From: Squalus acanthias
Taxonomy: Eukaryota
NCBI GenBank assembly: GCA_030390025.1
Contig: CM059433.1
Location: 28,832,001-28,896,000 of the forward strand
Length of the DNA: 64,000 bases
Reading direction: 5' to 3'
Part shown: one piece after another, positions 24,081 to 37,307 of the stretch
Layout of the letters: each line of letters begins with the position of its first letter
Position numbering within the stretch: position 1 is the first letter of the stretch
Position numbers and translations under genes: made by a program
Notes under the pieces: model-generated
Told to the model about the DNA's origin: nothing
Database searches by the model: none
Seen by the model: only the letters and a program-made list of their open reading frames with translations

Positions 24081-24612
24081 TTTAATAAGAATTCAACAAT
24101 TCATTAAGTAGAAAATACAAAGTATAAACCAGTTTATTATCAGACTGTAACCAGTAGCTGGGCAGGGAAGGGCAACAGCCAGGGTGAGTCATCCTCCCTT
24201 CCTCTGAGGAAGCACCTCGGCTCTTTGGAAATGGAGGATGGCTACACCAGAGCCACTGGGAGAGAAGGAGGTGTGGGCTGGTGCTTAGGATGGGGATCCC
24301 CCATTGGTACATGGCCAGTGGGCTGATCCACACCCCTTTCTCCTCCACATTCCCGGGCTATGAGAGCCTTCTCCTCATTGCCAGATTGTCCATGCTTCCC
24401 TCCCCCTCTGCTATTCTGCTGTTGCCATTTACACCACCTCTGGACCCATCTTTTGTTTCTTTACTTGTCCCATTATCACCCCCTTTTGCCTTGCACCATC
24501 ATCCCTTAAATCATTTAATCTCTCCTGCCCTCCACCCGACCACAGGCCTTCCCTTTGTTCTGTCTTTCCCCTCCCCCGTTTCCCTGGCTCTGTCCTTGTT
24601 TAAAAACTGTTA

Positions 24613-25325
24613 GGGGACAAATTTGGTTGCTTTGCGCCTCCCGTTAGTGCCTCCGAGGGGGCACTAACGGGGGCGCAAAGCAACTAGCGCCCGGGTGCGG
24701 CGCCACTAACACCTCCCGCGAAATTCAGCGGGAGGTTAGCAGCGGCGGTAGCCGGTAGCGTCCCGTGGCACTGCACCTCCGGCGATGACTCGCCGTGCGC
24801 AGCGCCCCGCTCGTGCCCTGGCCACAAACCTGGCTCGCGCCCCTTGACCTACCACCCGACGCTATGTTCGACAGGGTCAGGGTGGCGTTTTTGCGGCCGG
24901 GGCGGCAGTAATTAAAGGGCAGGTGTCGGGCGGCCATTACTTTTTGGGCCGCCTGCCAGCACCTGCCCTCTCTCGCCTTCTCAGGCGGGGTGCTGGCCGC
25001 GATCGGGCAGCCCGGCACTCCTCTTGAGTGCTGGGCATTTTTGCCGGCACCCCGCTCCCTGGTGGTCCAGCAGGGCCCTGGTGCACGCTGCGCTAGGCCC
25101 CTCCCCTTTAATCAGGGGATGGACGCCTGCAGTACCGTGGTGCTGCGGCACGTAGCGCCGTGATATTCAATGGGAGCGCCCCAAGCGCTTCCAGTAGCGC
25201 CCCGCCTCCTGCTTGGGCCTCTACCATTGAATTTTGGGCGCGGGGGCGCTAACTCTTTCGGGGAGCTAAATGTAGTGTCCTGGTGAAGATATCGCCCCAA
25301 AGGGGGCGCGAGCCAATTTCCCCCC
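24613..25325. mobile_element. GC-rich PIF/Harbinger MITE with TTA TSD
   Basis: TTA|GGGGACAAATTTGG...CCAATTTCCCCCC|TTA. Confidence 0.85.
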
Positions 25326-25345
25326 TTAATCTCTTAACATCTTCA

Positions 25346-25382
25346 AGTACTGACGAAAGGTCATCGACCTGAAACGTTTACT
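25346..25382 (+). ncRNA. Minimal type I hammerhead ribozyme motif (family B)
   Basis: AGUA-CUGACGA-A-AGGUC-AUC-GACCU-GAA-ACGU-U-UACU. Confidence 0.7.
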
Positions 25383-26439
25383 CTGTTCCTCTCTCCACAG
25401 ATGCTGCCTGACCTGCTGAGTGTTTGCAGTATTCTCTTTTTATTTTAAGCTCTTTGACAACTCAGCCACACAGCCACATCCTAAAACCCACAGGCACACG
25501 ACCATGATGTGGCAATAGCTGGCTGATGTCAAGTGAGTTTTGTTTAACAGTTCATTCGGGGTGAACAAACAGATCCAAATTTATTTTGTCCCCTTTCGTT
25601 TGGTACAAAACTTCTGTTTCTTTTTGCTCGCCTTTCCCATTCACAGAGCGGGCATGAGAAGAAATACACAATTTCACAGTCCAGTCACAGCAACAATTTA
25701 CAAACAGAACACTATTCCCTCATGCATCAACGGTTTTATTAAGGTTAGAGTTTCCCTCCGTACGTACAAAGATTGGATTTGACTTTATGCTTTTATGTGT
25801 ACTTTTTGACAATCTGTGCACCATGAATATACTTGCATTATAAAATCCGGAATTTCTTCTGTTCATTTAGAAATTTCAATCAATATAGAAAAAAAACCAT
25901 CAGTGAGTAAAATGTTCAGTGCTACACGCCAAGCTAAAATGAGAAACAATAAAAAGTTGAGAAATTTCGGAGCACGAATATAATAAAGCACAGAACTTCA
26001 AAAATTATTGCATTTAATATTAACGGTAATGCAGTTTCATGGATAGAGAGATGGCTTGGCAAAGAGTAGAGATAAATGGATGTTTTGCAGATTGGCAGGA
26101 TGCTGGTAGCGATGTACTTCATGGATCTGATCCGGGCCCCTTTTATAATTTTCCATTTATATAACCGATTCGTAAATTAACACAAGAGACCCGGGCGGGG
26201 GATGTGGGGGTAAATTTCCGTCTCCGCCGCGTTTGCGTGTGTGTCTGGGGGGAGGGGTAATCTGGCAGAGTGGATTACTTGTCCGTTCTAGAAACGGTCT
26301 GATTTTCAATCCATTGGAATCAATGCAATCGGGGTGATGGGGTTGGGGGTGGGGGTGGGGGGTGTAGTTCGATAATGGACGGGTGATCCGCTCTGCCAGA
26401 TCACCGCCTGTGGGGTGAAGATGAATATTAACCCCATTT

Positions 26440-27460
26440 TACCAACGTGTTCTGATGATATCAGATTAGGGGACAAGGCAAACTGTGAGGAAGGATGCAG
26501 AAGACTGCAGGAGGAATGTGGACAGGTTAGCACAGTGGGTAGAGAGGTGGCAGATACAGTTCAGTCCAGAGAAAGGTGAAGTAATACATTTTGAAAGTAC
26601 AAATAAAGGAAGGATGTACCCCCTAAATGATAGGAATTTAAATGGACTAGAGGAACAGTTGGATTTTGGCGTAGAACTTTTGATAAGGTCATTAAAATGT
26701 CAAACAGAATTCTTGATTTTGTATTTAGAGGCATAGAATAACATAACTGATGTAAGGTTGGAGTATTATGTACAGTTTTGAGCACCCCATTTCAGAAGGA
26801 TATAAAAGCAACGGAAAAGATCCACTAGGATGTTACCAAGGATGTGGGGTTATAATCATAAAAAGAGACTTGCGAAGTTAGTTTTTTCTCTTAAAAGCTG
26901 AGAAGATTGAGGGGTGACCTGATAGAGGTCTTCAAGTTTATGAAGCGTTCTGATAGGGTACATAATGATAAATTGTTCCCATTGGTAGGTCAGGTGGCAA
27001 CTACTTGTATTTATATAGCCCCTTTAACATAGTAAAACGTCCTGAGGCGCTTCACAAGAGCGTTAGCAAACGAAATTTGACACCGAGCCACATAAGCAGA
27101 TATCAGGACAGGTGACCAAAACCTTAGTCAAAGAGGTAGGTTTTAAGGAATGTCATAAAGGAGTCGAGAGAGGCCAAGAGGTTTGGGGAGGGAATTCCAG
27201 AGCTTAGGGCCTAGGCAGCTGAAGGCACGGCTGCCAATGGTGGAGCGATGAAAATCGGGGATGTGCAAGAGGCCAGAATTGGAGGAGTGCAGAGATCTTG
27301 GAAGGTTGTAGGCCTGGAGGAGGTTATAGAGATAGGGAGGGGTGAGACCATGGAGGGATTTGAAAACAAGGATGAGAATTTTAAAATTAAAATTCAAGAT
27401 TATGAAGGGTTATGATAGGGTAATGATAAATTGTTTCCATTGGTAGGTCAGATGGTAACG
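26440..27460 (+). mobile_element. Old CR1 fragment containing a minus-strand L2 insertion (~27002-27392)
   Basis: WVERWQIQF..EVIHF and GGGGTGACCTGATAGAGGTCTTCAAG motifs; L2 tail and GPKLWNSLP translation. Confidence 0.7.
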
Positions 27461-27959
27461 AGAGATAATCCTCTTACATTTATGGATTTCTTTAACCCTT
27501 CTGTACTCCAGATATTTTTGGCTTCTGTGTTTCAGACTGTTCTCACAGTTGAGCCCTACTTCCCGATCCTTAGAGGTTCTTCACTTGCCCTGATATCTAG
27601 CTAAAATCCGTAGCATGAACAGAGAACTCTATTTCAGATCATCTCAATTACTGATTTGGAAAGTGACAGATTGACACTACACTAGACCTTCTTTTAGGCT
27701 TTAACTCCAAACAAATTTATTGAAGAGTAAAACAACAAACAAACTGGAGCCGTAACGGAACAAATTGAGGCCTAATTTCCTGAGCCGTTCAGTTAAATGA
27801 AGCCTGTGTCATAGATGTGGAAAACCTGGTCGAGTCCAGACTTGGAAGTACTGCTGCCACTAAAGCAATACATAGGGAGGTAGGATATTTTATAAACATT
27901 TTATTGACTTGTCTGGGGGATGGAGGGGAGAGGGAAATGCCAAATCTGGGTTCAAGAAC

Positions 27960-28507
27960 ATAATTTCTTTACTCAGAGAATGGTAAGAATGTCGAACTTG
28001 CTACCACATGGAGTAGTTGAGGCGAATAGCATAGATGAATTTAAGGGGAAGTTAGATAAACACATGAGGGAGAAAGGAATAGAAGGTTAGGCAGATAGGG
28101 TTAGATGAAGAGGGATGGGAGGAGGCTCGTGTGAAGCATAAACACCCACATATAAAATTATGAAGGGGTTTGATAGGGTAGACGTAGAGAAGATGTTTCC
28201 ACTTGTGGGGGAGACCAAAACTAGGGGCCATAAATATAAGATAGTCACTAATAAATCCAATAGGGAATTCAGGAGAAACTTCTTTACCCAGAGAGTGGTA
28301 AGAATGTGGAACAAGGAGTAGTTGAGGCGAATAGCATAGATACATTTAAGGGGAAGCTAGATAATCACATGAGGGAGAAAGGAATAGAAGGATATGCTGA
28401 TAGGGTGAGATGACACAAGGTGGGAGGAGGCTCGAGTGGAGCATAAACACCACCACAGACCAGTTGGGCCAAATGGCCTGTTTCTGTGCTGTAAAATTCT
28501 ATGTAAT
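27960..28507 (+). mobile_element. Two tandem CR1 3'-end fragments
   Basis: GGAGTAGTTGAGGCGAATAGCATAGAT...CATAAACACC occurs twice. Confidence 0.75.
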
Positions 28508-29640
28508 ATGAAAGCAAGGAAGGAAGAAGTCTATGTGGCCCATCAAGCTCAATCCTTGCACAGACCGTTTAAAATGTAGCCCCACGTGATCTCTGCCTCA
28601 CTCATTTATTTCCAAAGGAAAAGTATGGAAACCCTGATATTGGAAAGCAAATATTGGGGAGTTATGCACACAATCACACAAGTGCACTGGCTCCAGCACT
28701 GTAACATATTTATTTACATCCAATACTGTCAACTACCTTATATTCTTTTCATTTGAATTTACTTGAACTGATCGTATATTTTACAAGTTAGACATTTGTG
28801 CGCTTGACTGATTTGCTGTCAGAGCAGGATATTTTTATACTTTATTACTGTCACTTTGAGCCCAGCACAGTTTAAATACAGTAATAGAAAAATAGATGAG
28901 CAGCAGAATGAAAAATCTGCAGAATTGTCTGTCCTATCAATAATATTTTACAGGCTGTCAGCCTGCTGAAACCAAGTAACACAAAGAGAGGTAACGGATA
29001 GCTTAAAATGAAAACACCTTTCTGAATCTCACGATGGCTTGGTTGGTATGGAACTGAGTCACATGGAACCAGCAAAGTCCCAGGTTTTATATAGAATTAA
29101 CAGCACAGAAAGATGGCTTTCGGCCCAACGGGTCTGTGCCGGTGTTTATGCTCCACACGAGCCTCCTCCCACCTTACTTCATTTAACTCTATCAGCATAT
29201 CCTTCTATTCCTTTCTCCCTCATATGTTTATCTAGCTTCCCCTTAAATGCGTCTGTGCCATTCTCTTCAACTACTCCTTGTGGTAGCGAGTTCCACATTC
29301 TAACCACTCACTGAGTAAAGAAGTTTCTCCTGAATTCCTTATTGGATTTATTAGTGGCTATCTTATATGGTATATCTAAGTTAGCTGATGACACTAAGTT
29401 ATGTGGCACAGTAAATAGTGTAGATGGGAGTTGAAAGCTGCAAAGGGACATTGATAGATTAGTTGAGTGGGCAAAACTGTGGCAGATGCAGTTTAAAGTG
29501 AGGTCATCCACTTTGGACATAAGAAAGATAGATTAGAGTATTTTCTAAATGATAAGAAGCTAGGAACTGTGGACGAGCAGAGAGATTTAAAGATTCAAGT
29601 ACAGAAATCACTAAAAGCTAGTGAACAGGTACAAAAAATA

Positions 29641-30060
29641 TTTTTTTATTCATTCACGGGATGTGGGTGTCACTGGCAAGGCCAGCATTTATTGCCCATC
29701 CTTAATTGCCCCTGAGAAGGTGGTGGTGAGCTGCCTTCTTGAACCGCTGGAGTCCGTGTGGTGAAGGTACTCCCACAGTGCTGTTAAGGAGGGAGTTCCA
29801 GGATTTCGATCCAACGGCAATGAAGGAATGTCGATATATTTCCAAGTCAGAGTGGTGTGTGACTTGGAGGGGAACTTGGAGGTGATGGTGTTCCCATGTG
29901 CCTGCTGCCCTTGTCCTTCTCAGTGGTAGAGATCGCAGGTTTGGGAGATGCTGTCGAAGAAGCCTTGGCGAGTTGCTGCAGTGCATCTTGTAGATGGTGC
30001 ACACTGTAGCCAAGGTGCGTTGGTGATGCAGGGAGTGAATGTTTAAGGTGCTGGATGAGG
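29641..30060 (-). mobile_element. 3' fragment of the CR1-group LINE seen at 34328-37305
   Basis: HHHLQVPLQVTHH..GLQRFKKAAHHHLL translation. Confidence 0.8.
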
Positions 30061-30200
30061 TCTAATGTTGGCCTTTAAAAGTCTAATGGAATTTTGGCCT
30101 TTATCTCGAGGGCTGGAATACAAAAAGGTGGAAGTTATGTTATAGCCGCACAAAGCTCTGTTTGAACACCATCTGGAATAATGCATTCAGTTCTGGGCAC

Positions 30201-30846
30201 TGTGGGAATGAGGGTTCACACTACTTAAGTACCTCGCTATTCCTTTTGGGCTGTCTGTGAGACCAGCACAAGATGATATAAAAGTTAAAAGTTAAAAAAG
30301 CTTTCTGCTGAGCATGGATTGAAAATTGTGTAAGGGGATTTTAAAGCAAGGATATCTTAACAGGAAAACAAAATAGTAGAATGTGTAAGAGTCATCCAGC
30401 CATATCTGTAATGGTCTGGAATGTGTCAGCTTGCTCACTTGTGTTTAGGGGAATGGGAAGTTTATGACAGCAATCAGGTTGCTTGTGTTTATGGAAGTGC
30501 ATGTTTGTTGAGTTTATGTTGTTATTCTGTTGGTATTTGTATGTATCTTTGATGTACTATGATTTATTGGTGGTATGCATAGAACATAGTGATCAAAGGT
30601 AAAATTTGGTATAAGATTGTAAGTGAGTCTGTATTTTAGCACGTAGCTCTCATACTGGAATGGTGAAGTATGAAAAGACCTGTGAGCTTATACTGGAATC
30701 GTGAAGTATGTCTCACAGAGCCCAAACTGGTTGTGGATAGTATGGAGTTTCAATAAAGTTCTGATCCTGCTTTGTTACAACTAAGTGTGTGTGTAATCTG
30801 GCATTTAAAGTAATGAGATGAAAAAGAACAAGAAAGCAGTACAACA
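30201..30846 (+). mobile_element. Solo LTR with 5-bp TSD
   Basis: GGCAC|TGT...ACA|GGCAC; AATAAA at 30752; internal ATACTGGAAT.GTGAAGTATG direct repeat; splits the CR1 FWAP codons. Confidence 0.8.
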
Positions 30847-31097
30847 GGCACAACACCTCAGGAAGGATATATTGGCCTTGGAGGGGGTGCAGTGCAGATT
30901 CACCACAATGATACCGGGGCTAAAATGGTTAAATTATAAGGACAGGTTACACAGATTAGGCGTGTATTCCCTTGAATATAGAAGATTAAGGGGTGACCTA
31001 ATTGAGGTGTTTAAGATGATTGAAGGATTTGATAGTGTAGGTAGAGAGTTATTTCCTCTGGAGGGGGAGTCCAGAACAAGTGGGTATAACCTTAAAA

Positions 31098-31711
31098 ACA
31101 TAAGAACATAAGAAATAGGAGCAGGAGTAGGACGTACGGCTCCCTGAGCCTGCTCCATCTTTCAATAAGATCATGTCTGAACTTCTACATCAACTCCACT
31201 TTTCCGCTCGATCCCCATATCCCTGATTTTGTTAGTGCCCAAATATCTATCGATCTCAGTCTTGAATATACTCAATGATTGAGCATCCACAGCCCTCTGG
31301 GGTAGAGAATTCCAAAGATTCACAATTCTCTGAGTGAAGAAATTTCTCTTCATCTCAGTCCTAAATGGCCGACTCCTTATCCTGAGACTATGACCCCTAG
31401 TTCTAGACTCTCAGCATCTACCCTGTCAAACCTTCTAAGAATTTTATGTTTCAATGAGATCACCTCTCATTCTTCTAAACTCCAGAGAATATAGGCCCAT
31501 TCTACTCAATCTTTCCTCATAGGACTGCCCTCTCATCCCAGGAATCAATGTAGTGAACCTTTGTTGCACTCCCACGAAGGCAAGTATATCCTTCCTCAGG
31601 TAAGGAGACCAAAACTGTACACAGTAATCCTGGTGTGGTCTCACCAAAGCCCTATATAATTGCAGCAAGACTTCCTTACTCTTATACTCCAACCCCCTTG
31701 CAATAAAGGCT
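31098..31711 (-). mobile_element. CR1 3' fragment inserted in a plus-strand CR1
   Basis: LVRPHQDYCVQFWSPYLRKDIL; TAAAA at both junctions. Confidence 0.8.
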
Positions 31712-31873
31712 AAAATTAGAGCTAGACCGTTCAGGGATGATTTCAGAAAACATTTCTTCACACAAAGTGTAGTGGAAATCTGGAAATCTCTCCCCCACAA
31801 GCTGTTGAGGCTGGGGGTCAATTGAAAATTTCAAAACTGAGATTGATGGATTTTTCTTAGGCAAGGATATTAA

Positions 31874-32766
31874 GGGGTAGAAATTAGGTCGCGCCCCATT
31901 TGGGGCGCAAATATCGTCCGGACGCAAATATTAGCGCCTGGCGCTAATTATCAGCACTGACAGGAAACTTCACTTTTACCGCCCCGGGAGGTGAGTGGAG
32001 CGCTAAAGCAGGCGCTGCACACCTCTCTTAAGGCGCAAAGGCCGAGCAGTGAGGCGCTAACTCGGAGCGCTGGCGAAGCTCATGTAATGTCAGTCAGCAA
32101 TGGAACACACACACAATGGCACGGGCCAGTTCTTAAAGGGGATGGTTAATCTTGCTTTCCATCCACATCCTGTTCATTGCAGCCTTGAATCTCGGCCTGG
32201 AGAGACTTGCACATCAAATGTGCTGGAAAGAACAATGGAGAGTACCAGGCAAAGAGCTCAGAGTGCAGCTCCCACAGTCTCTGCTAAATCGATACAAGGA
32301 ATGGCAAATCAAAATGAACCTGCAAAGTGCTGCTCAGTACCCAAAACTCCTTCCCACAACGTTGAATCTCTCCAGAAGTCTCTCCCTCTCTCTCTCAGAA
32401 TGCGTAGTTCAAAAATGCCACCAACAATAAAAGACAGGAAGAGGCCCCCTTTAAATAGCGCCCCCCCCAGCCCCACAGCGATTGATAGCGTTCCAGTCTT
32501 CTGGTCGTTGGATGCGCCAGGCGGTAAGGCAGGGGGCGCCACTCAATTTCCGCTCCGGGGCGCCACAAGGGCGTTGCACCATGGAATGACGTCATAATCT
32601 GCGCGCGCAGGTGGTCGCAGCGGTAAGTTTTAGCGCCGCCGCACAATCTCTAGTTAAGTTCCCGAGCGGCGCAAACATCGCTGCGCCCGGGCGTTAGCGG
32701 CTTTGCGCCCCATTAGCGCCCTCTTAAGGCGCTAACGGGAGGCGCAACCAACTGAATTTTTACCCC
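31874..32766. mobile_element. PIF/Harbinger non-autonomous element with TAA TSD
   Basis: TAA|GGGGTAGAAATTAG...CTGAATTTTTACCCC|TAA; GC-rich arms around a lower-GC core. Confidence 0.88.
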
Positions 32767-33084
32767 TAAGTGTTATAGAACCACGGAATTAAGATACAGA
32801 TCTGTCATGGTCTAACTGAATGGCACAACAGGCTCGAGGGGCTGAATGGCCTACTCTAGTTCCTATATTCCTATTTATGACCCCTAGTTTTGGAATCCCT
32901 TCATAATTTTAAAGACCTCTATCAGGTCACCCCTCAGCCTTCTCTTTTCTAGATTAAAGACCCTGTTTAATCTTTCCTCACACGTATAACCAATCAGTTC
33001 CTTCTGAATCTTGTTTGCACCTTCTCCAGTGCTTCTATATCCTTTTTGTAATATGGAGACCAGAACTGTTCACTGTACTCCAAC

Positions 33085-33460
33085 CAAGATTTGATCTCGG
33101 TCTGTGCCGAGTTAGACACCCTCGGCCAGGGTAGTAAGACTGTGGTGGGGTGTGGGGGGTAGGGGGGAGAAGGGCGCATTACAATTGGCTTCAATGTCCC
33201 AGGTTTGAAAGGGTGGAGGGGAAACCAGGTAACTGCTGCTCCTGGTCGATGTCCAATGGCTCCTTCTGAAAAGTGTATTCATGTGGACATCAGTTGAGGT
33301 TTTGGCTTGACTGAGATGTCCTGATTGGTACAGTAGCCTTCCAATCCATGCTCCCTCATGAAGATTGGACATCTGAGCTGTGAGATATGGCAGCAGTCTT
33401 GGAACCTCACCCCAAAAGTGCGTAATTCATTACATTCAGGAAAAGAGTGCAGTGGGCGGG
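33085..33460 (+). repeat. Old unclassified SINE-like repeat
   Basis: GGTCTGTGCCGAGTTAG...ACAATTGGC...GCTCCTG...TGTGGACATC resembles an ancient shark repeat (from memory only). Confidence 0.3.
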
Positions 33461-34327
33461 TGGTGCGGAAGAGGCATTTTTATAGAAGGTAATACAAATA
33501 ACTATTGTAAACAGCAGTTGTTTAAATACCTTCTCATCAAAGACATTCACTGAAACAGGGCTGAATAATCTCTAGAACTGTCATTCAACTAAGCCAATGT
33601 TAGGAAAATTCTGACCGAGACTCTTGCCAATACTAAATTGATTGAGCACGCTGAATGTCTAATACACAGAAACCTATTACCACCTGGCAGCACAACCACA
33701 TTCAAAATTAGCTTCAAATTAAAGCATTCCTTTTTGACCATGCACTCAGAAGCACAAACACAGTGTATAGGGATGTAAGTGAATCAATGGAAGACAAATA
33801 ACAGCAAATCACACTTGACAGCGCAGTGTGTACAAAATAACAACTTAAGTAGAAAAAAACCCAAAGCAAAACCCTGGCTCCCGTTGCTGACTTTGCTTCA
33901 GATTAACATACAGCCAGATTGGTAACGTTAGTTTTTCACAGGTCTGCTCAAAGTAATCCTGGTAAATCAAAATTGAGCATGTTCAGTATTTACAAATTGT
34001 TTCGAATTTAGTAACTGAAGAAGCTCAAGGGTGCCACGTAAGCAGAATGTTTGAGAGCTGGAAGGTTGTGTCCTCTGACACAAGAAATCTTATGGACAAT
34101 CATCAGATTCGTCTGTTAGAAAGAAAGGACACTTGTGTCACAAACAGCTCCTATCCTCAATCTGCTGAGAGCTGACTGCTACAACAACAGCGACTTCCAT
34201 TTATATAGCACATTTAATGTAGTAAAATGTTCCAAGGTGCTTCACAGGAGTGTTACCAAACAAAATTTGACACTGAGTCACCAAAGGAGATATTCGGACA
34301 GGTGACCCAAAATTAACCCAAAATCTC

Positions 34328-37305
34328 AAATGCCCTCTGAAATGGCCGAGCAAGCCACTCAGTTGTACCAAACCGCTACGAAAAGCAATAATAAGAATAA
34401 AACCGGACGGACCACCTAGCATCGATCTAGGCTCCGGCTTCGGACACGACAATGGCACACCCAGCCCAGTCGACCCTGCAAAGTCCTCCTCACCCACATC
34501 TGGAGACTTGTATCAATATTGGGAGAGCTGTCCCACAGACTAGTCAAGCAACAGCCTGACATAGTCATACTCACAGAATCATACCTTTCAGCCAATAACC
34601 CAGACTCTTCCATCACCATCCCTGAGTATGTCCTGTCCCATCGGCAGGACAGACCCACCAGAGGTGGTGGCACAGTAAGGGATGGAGTGGCCCTGGGAGT
34701 TCTCAACATTGACTCCGGACCCCATGATGTCTCATGGCTTCAGGTCAAGCATGAGCAAGGAAACCTTCTGCTGATTACCACCTACCACCCTCCCACAGTT
34801 GATGAATCAGTACTTCTCCATTTTGAACATCACTTGGGAGAAGCACTGAGGGTAGCAAGGGCAGAGAACGTACTCTGGGTGGGGGACTTCAATGTCCATC
34901 ACCAAGAGTGGCTCGGTAGCACCACTGCAGACTGAGTTGGCTGAGTCCTGAAGGACATAGCTGCCAGACTGGGCATGCAGCAGGTTGTGAGAGAACCAAC
35001 ACGAGGGAAAAACCTACTTGACCTCGTCCTCACCAATCAACCTGTCCGCAGATGCATCTGTCCATGACAGTATTGGTAGCAGTGACCTTGTGGAGACAAA
35101 GTCCCATCTTCACACTGAGGACACCCCCCATCGTGTTGTGTGGCACAACCCTCATGCTAAATGGGATAGATTCAGAACAGATCTAGCAGCTGGCAAAACT
35201 GGGCATCCATGAGGTGCTGTGGACCATCAGCAGCAGCAGAATTGTATTCCACCACAATCTGTAACCTCATGGCCCGGCATATCCCTCACTCTACCATTAC
35301 CATCAAGCCAGGGGACCATCCCTGGTTCAATGAGGAGTGTAGAAGAGCATGCCAGGAGCAGCACCAGGCGTACCTAAAAATGAGGTGCCAAACTGGGAAG
35401 CTGCAACACAGGACTACATGCATGCTAAACAGCGGAAGTAGCATGCTATAGACAGAGCTAAGCGATCCCACAACTAACGGATCAGATCAAAGCTCTGCAG
35501 TCCTGCCACATCCGGTCGTAAATGGTGGTGGTCAATTAAATAACTAACGGGGGAAGAAGACCCCATGAACATCCCCATCCTCAATGATGGTGGAACCCAG
35601 CACGCGAGTGAAAAACAAAAGGCTGAAGCATTTGCAACCATCTTCAGCCAGAAGTGCCGAGCAGATGATCCATCTCGGCCTCCTCCTGAGGTCCCCACCA
35701 TCACAGAAGCCAGTCTTCAGCCAATTCGATTCACTCCACGTGATATTAAGAAACGGCTGAGCGTACTGGATACAGCAAAGGCTGTGGGCCCCGACAACAG
35801 CCTGGCTATCGTGCTGAAGACTTGTGCTCCAGAACTAGCCAAGCTGTTACAGTACAGCTACAACACTGGCATCTACCCGACAATCTGGAAAACTGCCCAG
35901 GTATGTCCTGTCGACAAAAAGCAGGACAAATCCAATTACTGCCCCATCAGTCTACTCTCAATCATCAGCAAAGTGATGGAAAGTGTCGTCAACAGTGCGA
36001 TCAAGTAGCATTTACTCACCAATAACCTGCTCACCAATGTTCAGTTTGGGTACCATACAAACCACTCGGCTCCAGACCTCATTATAGCCTTGGTCCAAAC
36101 ATGGACAAAAGAGCTGAATTCCAGAGGTGAGGTGAAAGTGACTGCCCTTGGCATGAAGGCGGCATTTGACTGAGTGTGGCATCAAGGAGCACTAGTAAAA
36201 TTGAAATCAATGGGAATCAGGGGTAAACACTCCACTGGCAGGAGTCATACCAAGCACAAAAGAAGATGGTTGTGGTTGTTGGAGGTCAATCATCACAGCC
36301 CCAGCACATCATCGCTGCAGGAGTTCTTCAGGGCAGTGTATTAGGTCCAATCATCTTCAGCTGCTTCATCAATGACCTTCCCTCCATCATAAGATCAGAG
36401 GTGGGGATGTTCGCTGATGATTGCACAATGTTCGGTTCCATTCGCAACTCCTCAGATAATGAAGCAGTCCATGCCCGCCTGCAACAAGACCTGGATGACG
36501 TTCAGGCTTGGGCTGATAAGTGGCAAGTAACATTCGCGCCACACAAGTGCCAGGCAAAGACTATCTCCAACAAGAGAGAGTCTAACCACTGCCCCTTGAC
36601 ATTCAACGGTATTACCATCACTGAAACCCCCACCATCAACATCCTGGGGTCACCATTGACCAGAAACATTAACTGGACGAGCCGCATAAATATTGTGGCT
36701 CCAAGAGCAGGTCAGAAGCTGGGTATTCTGCGGCGAGTGTCTCACCTGCTGACTCCCCAAAGCCTTTCCACCACCTATAAGGCACAAGTCAGGTGTGTGA
36801 TGGAATACTCTTCATTTGCCTGGATGAGTGCAGCTCCAACAACACTCATGAAACTCGACACTATCCAGGACAAAGTAGCCCGCTTGATTGGCACCCCATC
36901 CACCACCTTAAACATTCACTCCCTCCACCACCGGTGCACTGTGGCTGCAGTGTGTACCATCGACAAGATGCACTGCAGCAACTCGCCAAGGCTTCTTCGA
37001 CAGCACCTCCCAAACCCGCGACCTCCACCACCTAGAAGAACGAGGGCAGCAGATGCATGGGAACACCACCATCTCCAAGTTCCCCTCCAAGTCACGCACC
37101 ACCCTGACTTAGAAGTATATCGCTGTTCCTTCATCGTCGCTGGGTCAAAATTCTGGAGCTCTCTACCTAACAGCACTGAGGGATTACCTTCACCACACGG
37201 ACTGCAGCGGTTCAAGAAGGCAGCTCACCACCACCTTCTCAAGAGCAACTAGGGATGGGCAATAAACGCTGGCCCCCACATCCCAGGAATGAATTTTAAA
37301 AAAAT
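34328..37305 (+). pseudogene. Near full-length degenerate CR1-group LINE (APE + RT); exact clade uncertain
   Basis: KVLLT.IW..LGEL..DIVILTESYL, VGDFNVHH, KAVGPD, YCPISLLS, GVLQGSVLGP, FADD; stops and frameshifts; A-rich end. Confidence 0.85.
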
Positions 37306-37307
37306 GC

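Larger units (their letters stand above)
24400..25445 (+). mobile_element. Penelope-type family B repeat interrupted by a Harbinger MITE
   Basis: Pyrimidine-rich segment resumes after the MITE into a hammerhead motif and CTCTCCACAGATGCTGCCTGACCTGCTGAG. Confidence 0.6.
29090..33085. mobile_element. Composite: minus CR1 (29090-29368, resuming ~32875-33085) containing a plus CR1 that carries four further insertions
   Basis: ATCTTATAT|...|TTATGACCCCTAGTTTTGG continuity; inserts at 29641, 30201, 31098 and 31874. Confidence 0.7.

Noticed and set aside
32100..32597. 165-aa ORF as a captured gene
   Set aside because: No recognisable domain; runs into the MITE arm.
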